A stretch of DNA of 40,796 nt. It comes from Lachnospiraceae bacterium (GTDB taxonomy: Bacteria > Bacillota > Clostridia > Lachnospirales > Lachnospiraceae). A model generated the notes under the pieces. It was not told the origin of the DNA and searched no databases. It saw only the letters and a list, made by a program, of their open reading frames with translations. Below are positions 31,288-40,132 of this stretch, in pieces. Position numbers and translations under genes: made by a program. Numbering within the stretch: the stretch's first letter is position 1; every line of letters starts with the position of its first letter. Location: assembly GCA_017556515.1 (NCBI GenBank), contig JAFYOD010000150.1, forward strand, positions 1 through 40,796, given 5' to 3'.

Positions 31288-32514
31288 ATGGAAAAGTTAA
31301 TAATCGGAATCGACTTGTGCGATACTTACACCCAGGTTTCGGTCCTGGGCCGCGAGGATGTATGGTCTCTTCCCACCGTGATCTGCAGAAAAAAGACCGT
31401 TGAAGAATGGTGTGTCGGTGAAGAAGCATATAAATATACGTTGGTTGGAGAAGGCGTTATCGTTGATAAGCTGTTAAGTCTGGCTTTAAAAGATGGCACT
31501 TCGACGATCGCGCAAGTGAAGTATGACGGTGCGACGCTTCTGCGTAAATATTTGGAAAAGGTTCTGGATATGGTCCGCGCAGAGTATCCGGGAATTCCGG
31601 TAGCACAGATCGTTTTTGCACTGAAAAATATGGAAATAAAGCTGATGGATGAGTTGATGGGATGCGCAGAATACCTTGGTATATCAAGAGAACATGTGCA
31701 TATCGCCAGTCATACAGAATGCTTTGTATATTATGTCCTGAGCCAGCGTCGCGATGTGTGGGGCGGACAGGTCGGAATGTTTGCATTATCGGACGAAGAT
31801 CTTAGATATTATGAATTGAAAATAGCACGCGGTCCGAGACAGGTAACAGCGATCGCAGAACATCAGGAATTAGAAGAAGGATTTAGTCTGAATGTTCTGG
31901 ATACTGCATCCGGTGCTAAGATGGCGGATAAGATCTTGTGCGCATGTTCAGACAGAATGATGCAGAAAAAGTTATATTCATCCGTATTTCTTACGGGAAA
32001 AGGATTTGCAAGAACTGACTGGGCTGCAGAATTTATGAAAAAGGTCTGCAATCGAAGACGTGTTTTTGTAGAACCGATGTTATTTGCGAAAGGTGCGGCA
32101 CTAAAAGCAGAGGATTATCTGCATGAAAGAACGTCGTATCCGTTTGTATGCATCTGCGAGGGAAAACTGAAATCCACAGTTGCGATGGAAGTGGTGAAAC
32201 ACGATACAAAAGTACAGATGGCTTTGGCTGTTGCAGGAGAAAGTTGGTATGAGGCAAGAAGTGTCTTAGAAGTGATCTTAGATGATCAGGATGAGATCGA
32301 GCTTATGATCCTTCCATATCATGATCCGAAGCAGAAGCGTATCGTGAAGATCCCGTTGGAGGGCTTTCCAAAACGCCCGAACAAAACAACAAGGATCCGC
32401 ATTGCAGCAGGATTCTTAGATGAGAAGACCATGGTCGTTAAGATCGTGGATCGTGGATTTGGTGAATTATTCCCGAAGAGCAATGTGGAAATCCGTCAGG
32501 AGGTGATGGTATGA
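31288..32514 (+). CDS. Degenerate Hsp70/DnaK-fold protein (DUF5716-like)
   Basis: IIGIDLCDT, VGEEA, VFLTGKGF, FAKGAA, and LEGFPKRP..RIRI..VKIVDRGFG align in order with DnaK motifs. Confidence 0.8.
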   Translation: MEKLIIGIDLCDTYTQVSVLGREDVWSLPTVICRKKTVEEWCVGEEAYKYTLVGEGVIVDKLLSLALKDGTSTIAQVKYDGATLLRKYLEKVLDMVRAEYPGIPVAQIVFALKNMEIKLMDELMGCAEYLGISREHVHIASHTECFVYYVLSQRRDVWGGQVGMFALSDEDLRYYELKIARGPRQVTAIAEHQELEEGFSLNVLDTASGAKMADKILCACSDRMMQKKLYSSVFLTGKGFARTDWAAEFMKKVCNRRRVFVEPMLFAKGAALKAEDYLHERTSYPFVCICEGKLKSTVAMEVVKHDTKVQMALAVAGESWYEARSVLEVILDDQDEIELMILPYHDPKQKRIVKIPLEGFPKRPNKTTRIRIAAGFLDEKTMVVKIVDRGFGELFPKSNVEIRQEVMV

Positions 32515-33323
32515 GTTTGATCTTATGCAGACAGGAACCTGTAACATCTCCGTATTATATTGAAGAACTTAGTATTCATATCTATTCCTCTCAGGAACTG
32601 GCATATGTGATCTACCATCATCCGCTTCTGGTGATGGAGGAATTTGTAGACGGACGTCTGGCGGAGTTTATCCGCGCAGAACTGCGCATGCCGTTTCTTG
32701 CGGAACGCATTGAAAAATGGATCGATGGCCGAGGCGTATCAGATGAGTTATTATTCTTGATCTTACAGGAGACATCTTATTATACACCGCAAGAGCAGGC
32801 AAGATATCGTCAGCTTGTGGCAAATCTGAGAAAGATATCTGTAGATGAATATTTGAAACGCAGAGCAGATTATTTCTATGGACTGGGCCTATATGGAAAG
32901 GCAATTTCCATGTATGAAAAGATCCTGGAGTCTGCAAAAGAGAAGCATCTGTCCGGAGAATTCAAGAGCAAGATCTGGAACAACATTGCATCCTGTTACT
33001 CTAAGCTATTCTGTTATCAGAAGGCCATGTACGCTTATGACTGCGCCTGGAATGAAAAATCTGAGAAGGTTTATCTGAAGCGTATGTATTTTCTGAAACT
33101 GATGGAACCGGAACTGGAGTTAAAAGAGCGATTTAAAGAACTGATCGCAAAGGAAGACACCAGTGCATGGGATGTAGAAGCCCAGGGAATCATTGACGAA
33201 GCGACAGGTGCCGGAGCTGTTGTAAAATTAAGCCAGTTATTCGAAAAAGATCCGCTTAAAAGAATTGCCGGAGCAGGAGAATTGGTCAATGAATGGAAGG
33301 GACAGTATCGTAAGATGATGTAA
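32511..33323 (+). CDS. TPR-containing hypothetical protein
   Basis: ADYFYGLGLYGKAISMYEKIL and IWNNIASCYSKLFCYQKAMYAYDCA TPR motifs; ATGA overlap with upstream gene. Confidence 0.8.
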   Translation: MSLILCRQEPVTSPYYIEELSIHIYSSQELAYVIYHHPLLVMEEFVDGRLAEFIRAELRMPFLAERIEKWIDGRGVSDELLFLILQETSYYTPQEQARYRQLVANLRKISVDEYLKRRADYFYGLGLYGKAISMYEKILESAKEKHLSGEFKSKIWNNIASCYSKLFCYQKAMYAYDCAWNEKSEKVYLKRMYFLKLMEPELELKERFKELIAKEDTSAWDVEAQGIIDEATGAGAVVKLSQLFEKDPLKRIAGAGELVNEWKGQYRKMM

Positions 33324-33329
33324 AAAACC

Positions 33330-33358
33330 TTGACAACATTGAGGGTTTCTACTATTAT
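33330..33358 (+). promoter_or_regulatory. SigA promoter of T-box leader
   Basis: TTGACA, 17 nt, TATTAT. Confidence 0.8.
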
Positions 33359-33382
33359 TGTTTTTGTAAAATTATATTTTAA

Positions 33383-33655
33383 TGGCTTTGATGAAGAGGA
33401 GTATGTTCAAAAGCACCGACAGAGAGGATTGCTCATTGGCTGGGAGGCAGTCCGGGGAAGCGTGAACAGAAGGTAGCTTCGGAGCTGAAACAGGGAAATT
33501 GGAGATCAAGAGTAGTTGTTTCCGGATGGGTACCGTTAATAACCCGATGAGATTGCTGATTTGTGACTAAAATTCCTTCAATTATGAATCAGTGAATAAA
33601 GGTGGTAACGCGGTAATTCGCCCTTTGCATGTAAATGTGCAGAGGGCGTTTTTTA
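33383..33655 (+). ncRNA. T-box riboswitch, valine specifier (GUA)
   Basis: Stem I with AGTA, AGAGA (33421), GCTG; specifier loop GAAG-GTA-G (GTA 33473-33475); AGTA (33511), CCGTTA; T-box AATAAAGGTGGTAACGCG (33595-33612); terminator cgccctttgca/tgcagagggcg plus T-run. Confidence 0.93.
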
Positions 33656-33692
33656 TTTTAACAGGATTCATTACAAAGGTGGAGTGATCGAT

Positions 33693-34208
33693 ATGATGCG
33701 ACTTAGACCATATAAACCATCTGACGCGAAGAAACTTTTGGCCTGGTGGTCAGATGTGTCAGAGGACATCTTCGTGATGTGGAGCAATGGAAAGTTTGAA
33801 TATCCTTTGACTATGGAACAGCTGGATTCTTATTTTCAGACTTGGTGCCTGGAAGAAGAAAATGGATGGCTGATGACAGCACTGGATGAGTCGGGGACTC
33901 CGGTCGGACACTTTATCATGCGACTGGCAGACTATCAGAAAGAGAGCATTCGCTTTGGATTCATTATTGTAGATCCGAATGCCAGAGGAAAAGGATACGG
34001 AAAAGAAATGATCCGTCTGGCTCTGAAGTATGCGTTTGAAGTGCTTGGCATGAAGCGTGCGACACTTGGAGTGTACGAACACAATCCATCGGCAAAAGCA
34101 TGTTATGAAGCAGTCGGTTTTACTGTCAAAGAGTATGTGTCTGACTATCTGATTTATAAAGGGGTCACACACGCAGCCTACGAAATGGAGGCCGTGAACC
34201 ATGGCTAA
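33693..34208 (+). CDS. GNAT family N-acetyltransferase
   Basis: IVDPNARGKGYGKEM acetyl-CoA motif A, NPSAKACYEAVGF motif B; start 33684 GTG or 33693 ATG. Confidence 0.92.
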   Translation: MMRLRPYKPSDAKKLLAWWSDVSEDIFVMWSNGKFEYPLTMEQLDSYFQTWCLEEENGWLMTALDESGTPVGHFIMRLADYQKESIRFGFIIVDPNARGKGYGKEMIRLALKYAFEVLGMKRATLGVYEHNPSAKACYEAVGFTVKEYVSDYLIYKGVTHAAYEMEAVNHG

Positions 34209-34398
34209 AAAAGAGAATAAAGTACAGGGAAGCTGTGAATCTTGTGCTTACTATACTTATGACGAAGAATATGAGTACTATGTTTGCGAAGCCAATCTGG
34301 ACGAAGACGAGATGTCTGCATTTTTAAGAGGTGCGGAATTTTCCTGTCCATTCTACAGACTTGGCGATGAGTATGCGATCGTACGCAAACAGATGTAA
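34201..34398 (+). CDS. Small Cys-rich protein (DUF6472-like, probable metal binding)
   Basis: CESC..YDEE...C..LDEDE...CPFY..DEY.IVRKQ; RBS ggagg; 8-nt overlap with GNAT. Confidence 0.8.
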   Translation: MAKKENKVQGSCESCAYYTYDEEYEYYVCEANLDEDEMSAFLRGAEFSCPFYRLGDEYAIVRKQM

Positions 34399-34408
34399 GG
34401 AGGCAGTC

Positions 34409-34972
34409 TTGAAGAAGAGAATGTTTGGGATGTTGGCGATCAGTATCCTGATGCTCGCTCTTTCCGGCTGCAAGGACAGCAACGAAGCACACTTGAAAAC
34501 AGACCTTCAGGAGGAACAGTGGACAGCACCGGATGGTTCATTCACACTCCCCTTAGATGAGAATGAGTGGAAAGTGGAGGAAGAGTCCAATGGAGAACTA
34601 CATTTTTTGAATTACAAAAATGAAAAGTTCTCATTTTCTGTCTCAAAGTGGGACGGATTACAATTTCCGGAGGATTTTGATTACGAAGACTATTATTCCG
34701 GATATGTGGATGATATCCGCCTGGAATTTCCGGATGCAGTAGAAACCGGTGTAACGATGTTGGAGTCAGAGGAAGCAGCGATCGTTCAGATGGGGGTTCA
34801 ATATCAAGTATTAGAGAACTTGTGCCAAGTAACGACCAGCATGATCGCAGTTCCGTATTCCGAAGATACATTATGTTTTGTTGCAATTTATCCTGCAGAA
34901 AAAAAGAAAGAGCAGGAAGCAGAGTTTGAGAAAATCGTCACAGGAATTCGATTTGATCTTGAAAAAGAGTAA
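34409..34972 (+). CDS. Lipoprotein, possibly PsbP/DcrB-like fold
   Basis: TTG start behind aaggagg; MKKRMFGMLAISILMLALSG-C lipobox; C-terminal EFEKIVTGIRF pattern. Confidence 0.78.
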   Translation: MKKRMFGMLAISILMLALSGCKDSNEAHLKTDLQEEQWTAPDGSFTLPLDENEWKVEEESNGELHFLNYKNEKFSFSVSKWDGLQFPEDFDYEDYYSGYVDDIRLEFPDAVETGVTMLESEEAAIVQMGVQYQVLENLCQVTTSMIAVPYSEDTLCFVAIYPAEKKKEQEAEFEKIVTGIRFDLEKE

Positions 34973-35012
34973 CTGTTGCGAATAGATAATAAAAAGATAA
35001 GGAGAATTAACA

Positions 35013-37664
35013 ATGAAAGAACTGGAAAAGACCTATAATCCGGCGGACATTGAAGAACGCCTGTACCAGAAATGGCTGGACAACAAGTATTTCCATGCAG
35101 ACGCTGAGCGCGGAAAAAGAGAAGGCAAAAAGCCGTTCACGATCGTAATGCCGCCGCCGAATATCACAGGTCAGCTTCACATGGGTCATGCACTTGACAA
35201 TACTATGCAGGATATCTTGATCCGTTATAAGAGAATGCAGGGCTTTGAGGCACTTTGGCAGCCGGGTACAGACCATGCAGCGATCTCCACAGAGGTTAAA
35301 GTTATTGATAAACTGAAAAAACAGGGTATCAGCAAAGATGATCTCGGACGTGAAGGCTTCTTAAAAGAAGTTTGGGCATGGAGAGATGAGTACGGTTCCA
35401 GAATCGTACAGCAGCTTCACAAACTCGGTACTTCTGCTGACTGGGACAGAGAGCGTTTCACAATGGACGAGGGATGTTCTGATGCAGTTTTAGAAGTATT
35501 TACAAAATTATATGAAAAAGGTTATATCTACAAAGGTTCCAGAATTATCAACTGGTGTCCGGTATGTCAGACATCCATTTCTGACGCTGAGGTAGAGCAT
35601 GAAGAGCAGGATGGCTTCTTCTGGCACATCCAGTATCCGATCATCGGTGAGGAAGGCCGTTTTGTAGAAGTAGCTACTACACGTCCGGAGACAATGCTCG
35701 GTGATACAGCAGTTGCTGTAAACCCGGAGGACAAAAGATACGCAGATCTCATCGGTAAGATGTTAAAGCTTCCGTTAACAGACAGAGAAATCCCGGTTAT
35801 CGCAGACTCTTACGTAGATAAAGAGTTCGGTACAGGCTGTGTGAAGATCACACCGGCTCACGACCCGAACGACTTCGAGGTTGGTAAACGTCACAACCTT
35901 CCGGAGCTTTGCGTGATGAATGATGACGCAACTATCAGCGCGAAGGGCAAATACTTCGGTATGGACCGCTACGAGGCTAGAAAAGCTATGGTAGAGGATC
36001 TGAAAGAACTTGGTCTTCTTGTTAAAGTAGTTCCGCATGCTCACAACGTTGGTACACATGACCGTTGTGGCGCAACTGTAGAGCCGATGGTAAAACCGCA
36101 GTGGTTTGTTAAGATGGATGAGATGGCAAAACCGGCGATCGAAGCTCTTAAGAACGGACAGTTAAAATTCGTTCCGGAAAGCTACGGTAAGACATACCTC
36201 CACTGGTTAGAGGGTATCCGTGACTGGTGTATCTCCAGACAGATCTGGTGGGGCCACAGAATCCCGGCATATTACTGTGAAGAGTGTGGCGAGATGGTTG
36301 TTGCAAAGGCATGTCTGGAGAAATGTCCGAAGTGCGGTCATACACACTTCAAACAGGATGAGGATACACTTGATACATGGTTCTCTTCTGCATTATGGCC
36401 GTTCTCCACACTTGGCTGGCCGAATAAAACAGCAGAGTTAGAGTACTTCTACCCGACAGATGTTCTTGTAACAGGTTATGATATCATTTTCTTCTGGGTA
36501 ATCCGTATGGTATTCTCCGGTATTGAGCAGACAGGCGAGTGCCCGTTCCACACAGTACTGATCCACGGTCTCGTACGTGACTCCCAGGGCCGCAAGATGT
36601 CCAAATCTCTCGGCAACGGTATCGATCCGCTCGAGGTTATCGACAAATACGGCGCAGATGCTCTTCGTATGACTCTTCTGACAGGTAACTCTCCGGGAAA
36701 TGATATGCGTTTCTACTGGGAGAGAGTTGAGGCGAGCAGAAACTTCGCAAACAAAGTATGGAACGCAAGCCGTTTCATCATGATGAACATTGAGAAGGCT
36801 CCGGTTGCAAATGTACAGCTTTCCGACCTGACAATGGCAGATAAATGGATCCTTTCCAAGATGAATGCTCTTGCGAAAGAAGTAACTGACAACATGGATA
36901 AGTACGAGTTAGGTATTGCTGTTCAGAAAGTTTATGACTTCATCTGGGAGGAATTCTGTGACTGGTACATCGAGATGGTAAAACCGCGTCTCTGGAACGA
37001 TGAGGATACAACAAAGGCAGCAGCTCTTTGGACATTAAAGACTGTTCTGATCAACTCCTTAAAACTCCTTCATCCGTTCATGCCGTTCATCTCTGAGGAG
37101 ATCTTCTGCAACCTTCAGGATGAGGAAGAATCCATCATGATCTCCAACTGGCCGGAGTTCAAAGAAGAGTGGAACTTTGCAGCAGACGAGCACGCAGTTG
37201 AGACAATCAAAGAGGCAGTTCGTGCGATCCGTAACGTTCGTACATCCATGAACGTACCGCCGAGCAAGAAAGCAAAAGTATTTGTAGTTTCCGAGAATGC
37301 AGATGTTCGTGCGATCTTCGAAAACAGTAAAGTATTCTTTGCAACTCTTGGTTACGCAAGTGAAGTTCTTGTACAGGCTGACAAAGCAGGAATCTCTGAG
37401 GATGCTGTTTCTGCAGTAGTTGCTCAGGCTTCCATCTACATGCCGTTCGCAGAGCTCGTTGATATCGAAAAAGAGATCGAGCGTCTTCAGAAAGAAGCAG
37501 AGAAGCTTGAAAAAGAGCTTGCCCGTGTAAACGGAATGCTTGCAAATGAGAAATTCGTAAGCAAAGCTCCGCAGGCTAAGATCGATGAAGAGAAAGCAAA
37601 ACAGGCGAAATATGCTCAGATGATGGAGCAGGTAAAAGAGCGCCTTGCACAGCTTACAAAATAA
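35013..37664 (+). CDS. valS: Valine--tRNA ligase
   Basis: PPPNITGQLHMGH, DWCISRQIWWGH, KMSKS, C-terminal coiled coil. Confidence 0.99.
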   Translation: MKELEKTYNPADIEERLYQKWLDNKYFHADAERGKREGKKPFTIVMPPPNITGQLHMGHALDNTMQDILIRYKRMQGFEALWQPGTDHAAISTEVKVIDKLKKQGISKDDLGREGFLKEVWAWRDEYGSRIVQQLHKLGTSADWDRERFTMDEGCSDAVLEVFTKLYEKGYIYKGSRIINWCPVCQTSISDAEVEHEEQDGFFWHIQYPIIGEEGRFVEVATTRPETMLGDTAVAVNPEDKRYADLIGKMLKLPLTDREIPVIADSYVDKEFGTGCVKITPAHDPNDFEVGKRHNLPELCVMNDDATISAKGKYFGMDRYEARKAMVEDLKELGLLVKVVPHAHNVGTHDRCGATVEPMVKPQWFVKMDEMAKPAIEALKNGQLKFVPESYGKTYLHWLEGIRDWCISRQIWWGHRIPAYYCEECGEMVVAKACLEKCPKCGHTHFKQDEDTLDTWFSSALWPFSTLGWPNKTAELEYFYPTDVLVTGYDIIFFWVIRMVFSGIEQTGECPFHTVLIHGLVRDSQGRKMSKSLGNGIDPLEVIDKYGADALRMTLLTGNSPGNDMRFYWERVEASRNFANKVWNASRFIMMNIEKAPVANVQLSDLTMADKWILSKMNALAKEVTDNMDKYELGIAVQKVYDFIWEEFCDWYIEMVKPRLWNDEDTTKAAALWTLKTVLINSLKLLHPFMPFISEEIFCNLQDEEESIMISNWPEFKEEWNFAADEHAVETIKEAVRAIRNVRTSMNVPPSKKAKVFVVSENADVRAIFENSKVFFATLGYASEVLVQADKAGISEDAVSAVVAQASIYMPFAELVDIEKEIERLQKEAEKLEKELARVNGMLANEKFVSKAPQAKIDEEKAKQAKYAQMMEQVKERLAQLTK

Positions 37665-37682
37665 ATAAGATCATTTGACTGG

Positions 37683-37718
37683 AAATCTCCCGGAGCGCTT
37701 GTCGAATCGGGAGATTTT
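37683..37718 (+). terminator. Terminator after valS
   Basis: aaatctcccg/cgggagattt stem with short T-run. Confidence 0.7.
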
Positions 37719-37735
37719 CGGACGATTGGTTTTGA

Positions 37736-37764
37736 TTGATTTTCGGACCGGAACTTGCTATGAT
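37736..37764 (+). promoter_or_regulatory. SigA promoter for small ORF-TPR unit
   Basis: TTGATT, 17 nt, TATGAT with extended TG. Confidence 0.7.
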
Positions 37765-37804
37765 AAAAGAGTAAGTTTTGGAGTTTGATTCCGGAGGATA
37801 CCCA

Positions 37805-37945
37805 ATGATTAATTTCGAAAAAGAACTGGAGCTTTTCAAGCCTTCTTTAGAAGTAGAGGCTGTGAGCGAGACAATTGTAAAAAGTGACTTGACGGATATG
37901 GCTGATATCATGATGGAAATTATGAAAGAGATGAAGGATAAATAA
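37805..37945 (+). CDS. Small acidic hypothetical protein (46 aa), absent from ORF track
   Basis: ggagga RBS; MINFEKELELFKPSLEVEAVSETIVKSDLTDMADIMMEIMKEMKDK*; stop 3 nt before TPR gene. Confidence 0.78.
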   Translation: MINFEKELELFKPSLEVEAVSETIVKSDLTDMADIMMEIMKEMKDK

Positions 37946-37948
37946 TTT

Positions 37949-39253
37949 ATGGACTATATGCAGAAAATCCAGTATGCGGCCAACAGTTTTTACAACCGCG
38001 GTCTGGAACTGGCGCGAGAGCGTGATCTTTCCGGTGCAGCCGAATGCCTGAAACGAGCGCTTCAGTTTAATAAGTACCATACGGATGCCAGAAACCTGTT
38101 AGGACTGATCTTCTACGAAATGGGCGAGACGTCCGATGCTTTGGTCCAGTGGGTCATCAGCGTTCATCTGCAGCCGGATGAGAACCGTGCAGATCGGTAT
38201 CTGGATAAGGTGCAGAGAAAACCGGGACAGCTGGAGCTTGCCAGCAGCCTGATCAGAAAATACAATCAGGCGCTGATCCATGCACAGAACGGCAGTGATG
38301 ATCTGGCAGTATTGCAGTTAAAGCGAATTGTCGAGGAAAAGCCGAATTATGTAAAAGCGCATCTGCTTTTGGCATTGCTTTACATCGGACATGAAGATTA
38401 TACAAAAGCCGGCAAATCCCTTTACAAGGTTCTTCAGATTGATAAAAACAATCGCAGGGCCGAACGATATATGGAATATGTAAAATCCAAGACCGGTAAA
38501 GCGGAGGTGGAGAAGCGCAAACTGATCAATGCATTTAACCACCGTGAGATGGAGGATAACGATGTCATCCTTCCGCCGACCTACAAGGAGAATACCGGAT
38601 GGCAGTCCATTATCAACATTGGTATTGGTCTGGCTCTTGGTGTGGTCGTGGTCCTGTTCATGATTCTTCCGGCGCGAGACCGTTCCTTGAATTACCAGCA
38701 CAATCAGGAAATGCGTATTTATGCGGATAAATTGAATCTGGCAAATCAGGAGGCAGATAAACTGCGAAAAGAAGCAGAGAAATTAAATGCCGAAAGAGAA
38801 AAGGCAGAATCAGATCTTGAGAATCTGTTAGGTGATTCAGACAGTACATTGGTGCAGTATCAGACTTTGGTGGAAATTTTACAGGCTTATCGTGAGGAGA
38901 ACTTTGAGACAGCGGTAAAATTATACATAGAGCTGGATGCGGCAAAAATCATAAGCGAAAACATGTTAAGTATCCTTGCAGAGGTTGAAGACGATATGAA
39001 TACCAATGCACCGGCAGTCTTGGAAAAACTGGCGATTCAAAGTACAGAAGCGGGAGATAACGATCAGGCGCTTCGATACTACGAAGAGTATATGAAGTTT
39101 GACGACCGCAATCCACAGATTATTTTCAATATGGCAATGATCTATAAAAACAAAGGTGAGGAAGAAACATCCGACCAGTTATTTGGTCAGGTGATCATGA
39201 ACTTCGACGATGAAGAATTGGCAGCAAAAGCCAAAGAAGAACGCGGATATTAA
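37949..39253 (+). CDS. Bitopic membrane TPR protein with coiled coil
   Basis: N-terminal TPRs (ARNLLGLIFYEMG, AHLLLALLY), TM IINIGIGLALGVVVVLFMIL, coiled coil, C-terminal TPRs. Confidence 0.88.
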   Translation: MDYMQKIQYAANSFYNRGLELARERDLSGAAECLKRALQFNKYHTDARNLLGLIFYEMGETSDALVQWVISVHLQPDENRADRYLDKVQRKPGQLELASSLIRKYNQALIHAQNGSDDLAVLQLKRIVEEKPNYVKAHLLLALLYIGHEDYTKAGKSLYKVLQIDKNNRRAERYMEYVKSKTGKAEVEKRKLINAFNHREMEDNDVILPPTYKENTGWQSIINIGIGLALGVVVVLFMILPARDRSLNYQHNQEMRIYADKLNLANQEADKLRKEAEKLNAEREKAESDLENLLGDSDSTLVQYQTLVEILQAYREENFETAVKLYIELDAAKIISENMLSILAEVEDDMNTNAPAVLEKLAIQSTEAGDNDQALRYYEEYMKFDDRNPQIIFNMAMIYKNKGEEETSDQLFGQVIMNFDDEELAAKAKEERGY

Positions 39254-39254
39254 T

Positions 39255-39297
39255 GAGACTTTACAGAAGAGATTTTTCTGTGAAGTCTCTTTTTTTA
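39255..39297 (+). terminator. Terminator after TPR gene
   Basis: gagactttacagaaga/ttttctgtgaagtctc stem plus T7. Confidence 0.85.
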
Positions 39298-39323
39298 TTG
39301 CAAAAAGAATCAGGAGGGAATCT

Positions 39324-39662
39324 ATGGATCCATCATTTATTTACGAAGCAAAAGGACAAATACTGATCATACACATGCCGAAAGAACTGGATCATCACAA
39401 TTGCCGGAATCTCCGGTATGAAACGGATCTTTTAATGGCGGAGAACTACATTTCGAAACTGATCTTTGATTTTAGCTGCACAACGTTCATGGACAGTTCC
39501 GGGATCGGGATATTGCTGAATCGATACAAGCAGATCAAAGCAAGTGGAGGCGTCGTATCCTTTTATGGGGCATCTCCACAGATCCAACGGATCCTCAGGT
39601 TAGGAGGAATGATGAACTTGATGCCTCAGTTTGAATCAAAAGAAGAAGCGATTTACAGATAA
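39324..39662 (+). CDS. spoIIAA: Anti-sigma F factor antagonist (STAS)
   Basis: ELDHH, FMDSSGIG phospho-Ser motif; ATG 39324 behind aggagg. Confidence 0.93.
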   Translation: MDPSFIYEAKGQILIIHMPKELDHHNCRNLRYETDLLMAENYISKLIFDFSCTTFMDSSGIGILLNRYKQIKASGGVVSFYGASPQIQRILRLGGMMNLMPQFESKEEAIYR

Positions 39663-39676
39663 AGGAGGAGGAAGCC

Positions 39677-40132
39677 ATGCAGCAAAAAGAGAACATAAAA
39701 AGACCGTCCGGAGAAGTCATGCATTTGACGATCGACAGTATTTCAGAAAATGAGGAGTTTGCACGTGTAGTAGTGGCAGTTTTTGCCACACGCATGAATC
39801 CGACATTGGAAGAAATCGATGATATAAAAACAGCAGTCTCGGAGGCTGTTACCAATGCTGTGATTCACGGATATCAGAACAGAGAAGGAAAAATCCAGAT
39901 AGAAGCAGCTGTTCAGGAAAACGTATTATCTGTAACTATAAGTGATGACGGAGTCGGAATTTCTGACATCGAAAGAGCTATGGAACCAATGTTCAGTACA
40001 CTTCCGGAGGAGCGGACCGGAATGGGATTTTCTTTTATGGAAGCTTTTATGGACCGCGTGGAAGTGATATCTGCACCTGGAAAAGGAACCTCTGTGACAA
40101 TGAGAAAGAAAATCGGCAGGGAACGCAGATGA
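39677..40132 (+). CDS. spoIIAB: Anti-sigma F factor (GHKL kinase)
   Basis: NEEFARVVVAVF, KTAVSEAVTNAVIHGY, DDGVGI, RTGMGF, PGKGT. Confidence 0.95.
   Translation: MQQKENIKRPSGEVMHLTIDSISENEEFARVVVAVFATRMNPTLEEIDDIKTAVSEAVTNAVIHGYQNREGKIQIEAAVQENVLSVTISDDGVGISDIERAMEPMFSTLPEERTGMGFSFMEAFMDRVEVISAPGKGTSVTMRKKIGRERR

Noticed and set aside
31288-32514. Wadjet JetA (the DUF5716 label is also attached to some Wadjet genes, from memory)
   Set aside because: The protein shows Hsp70-like motifs and no SMC/MukB or Toprim genes follow
33684-34398. GNAT toxin-antitoxin pair
   Set aside because: The small gene is downstream and Cys-rich rather than an upstream RHH antitoxin, and the GNAT lacks obvious AtaT/TacT features
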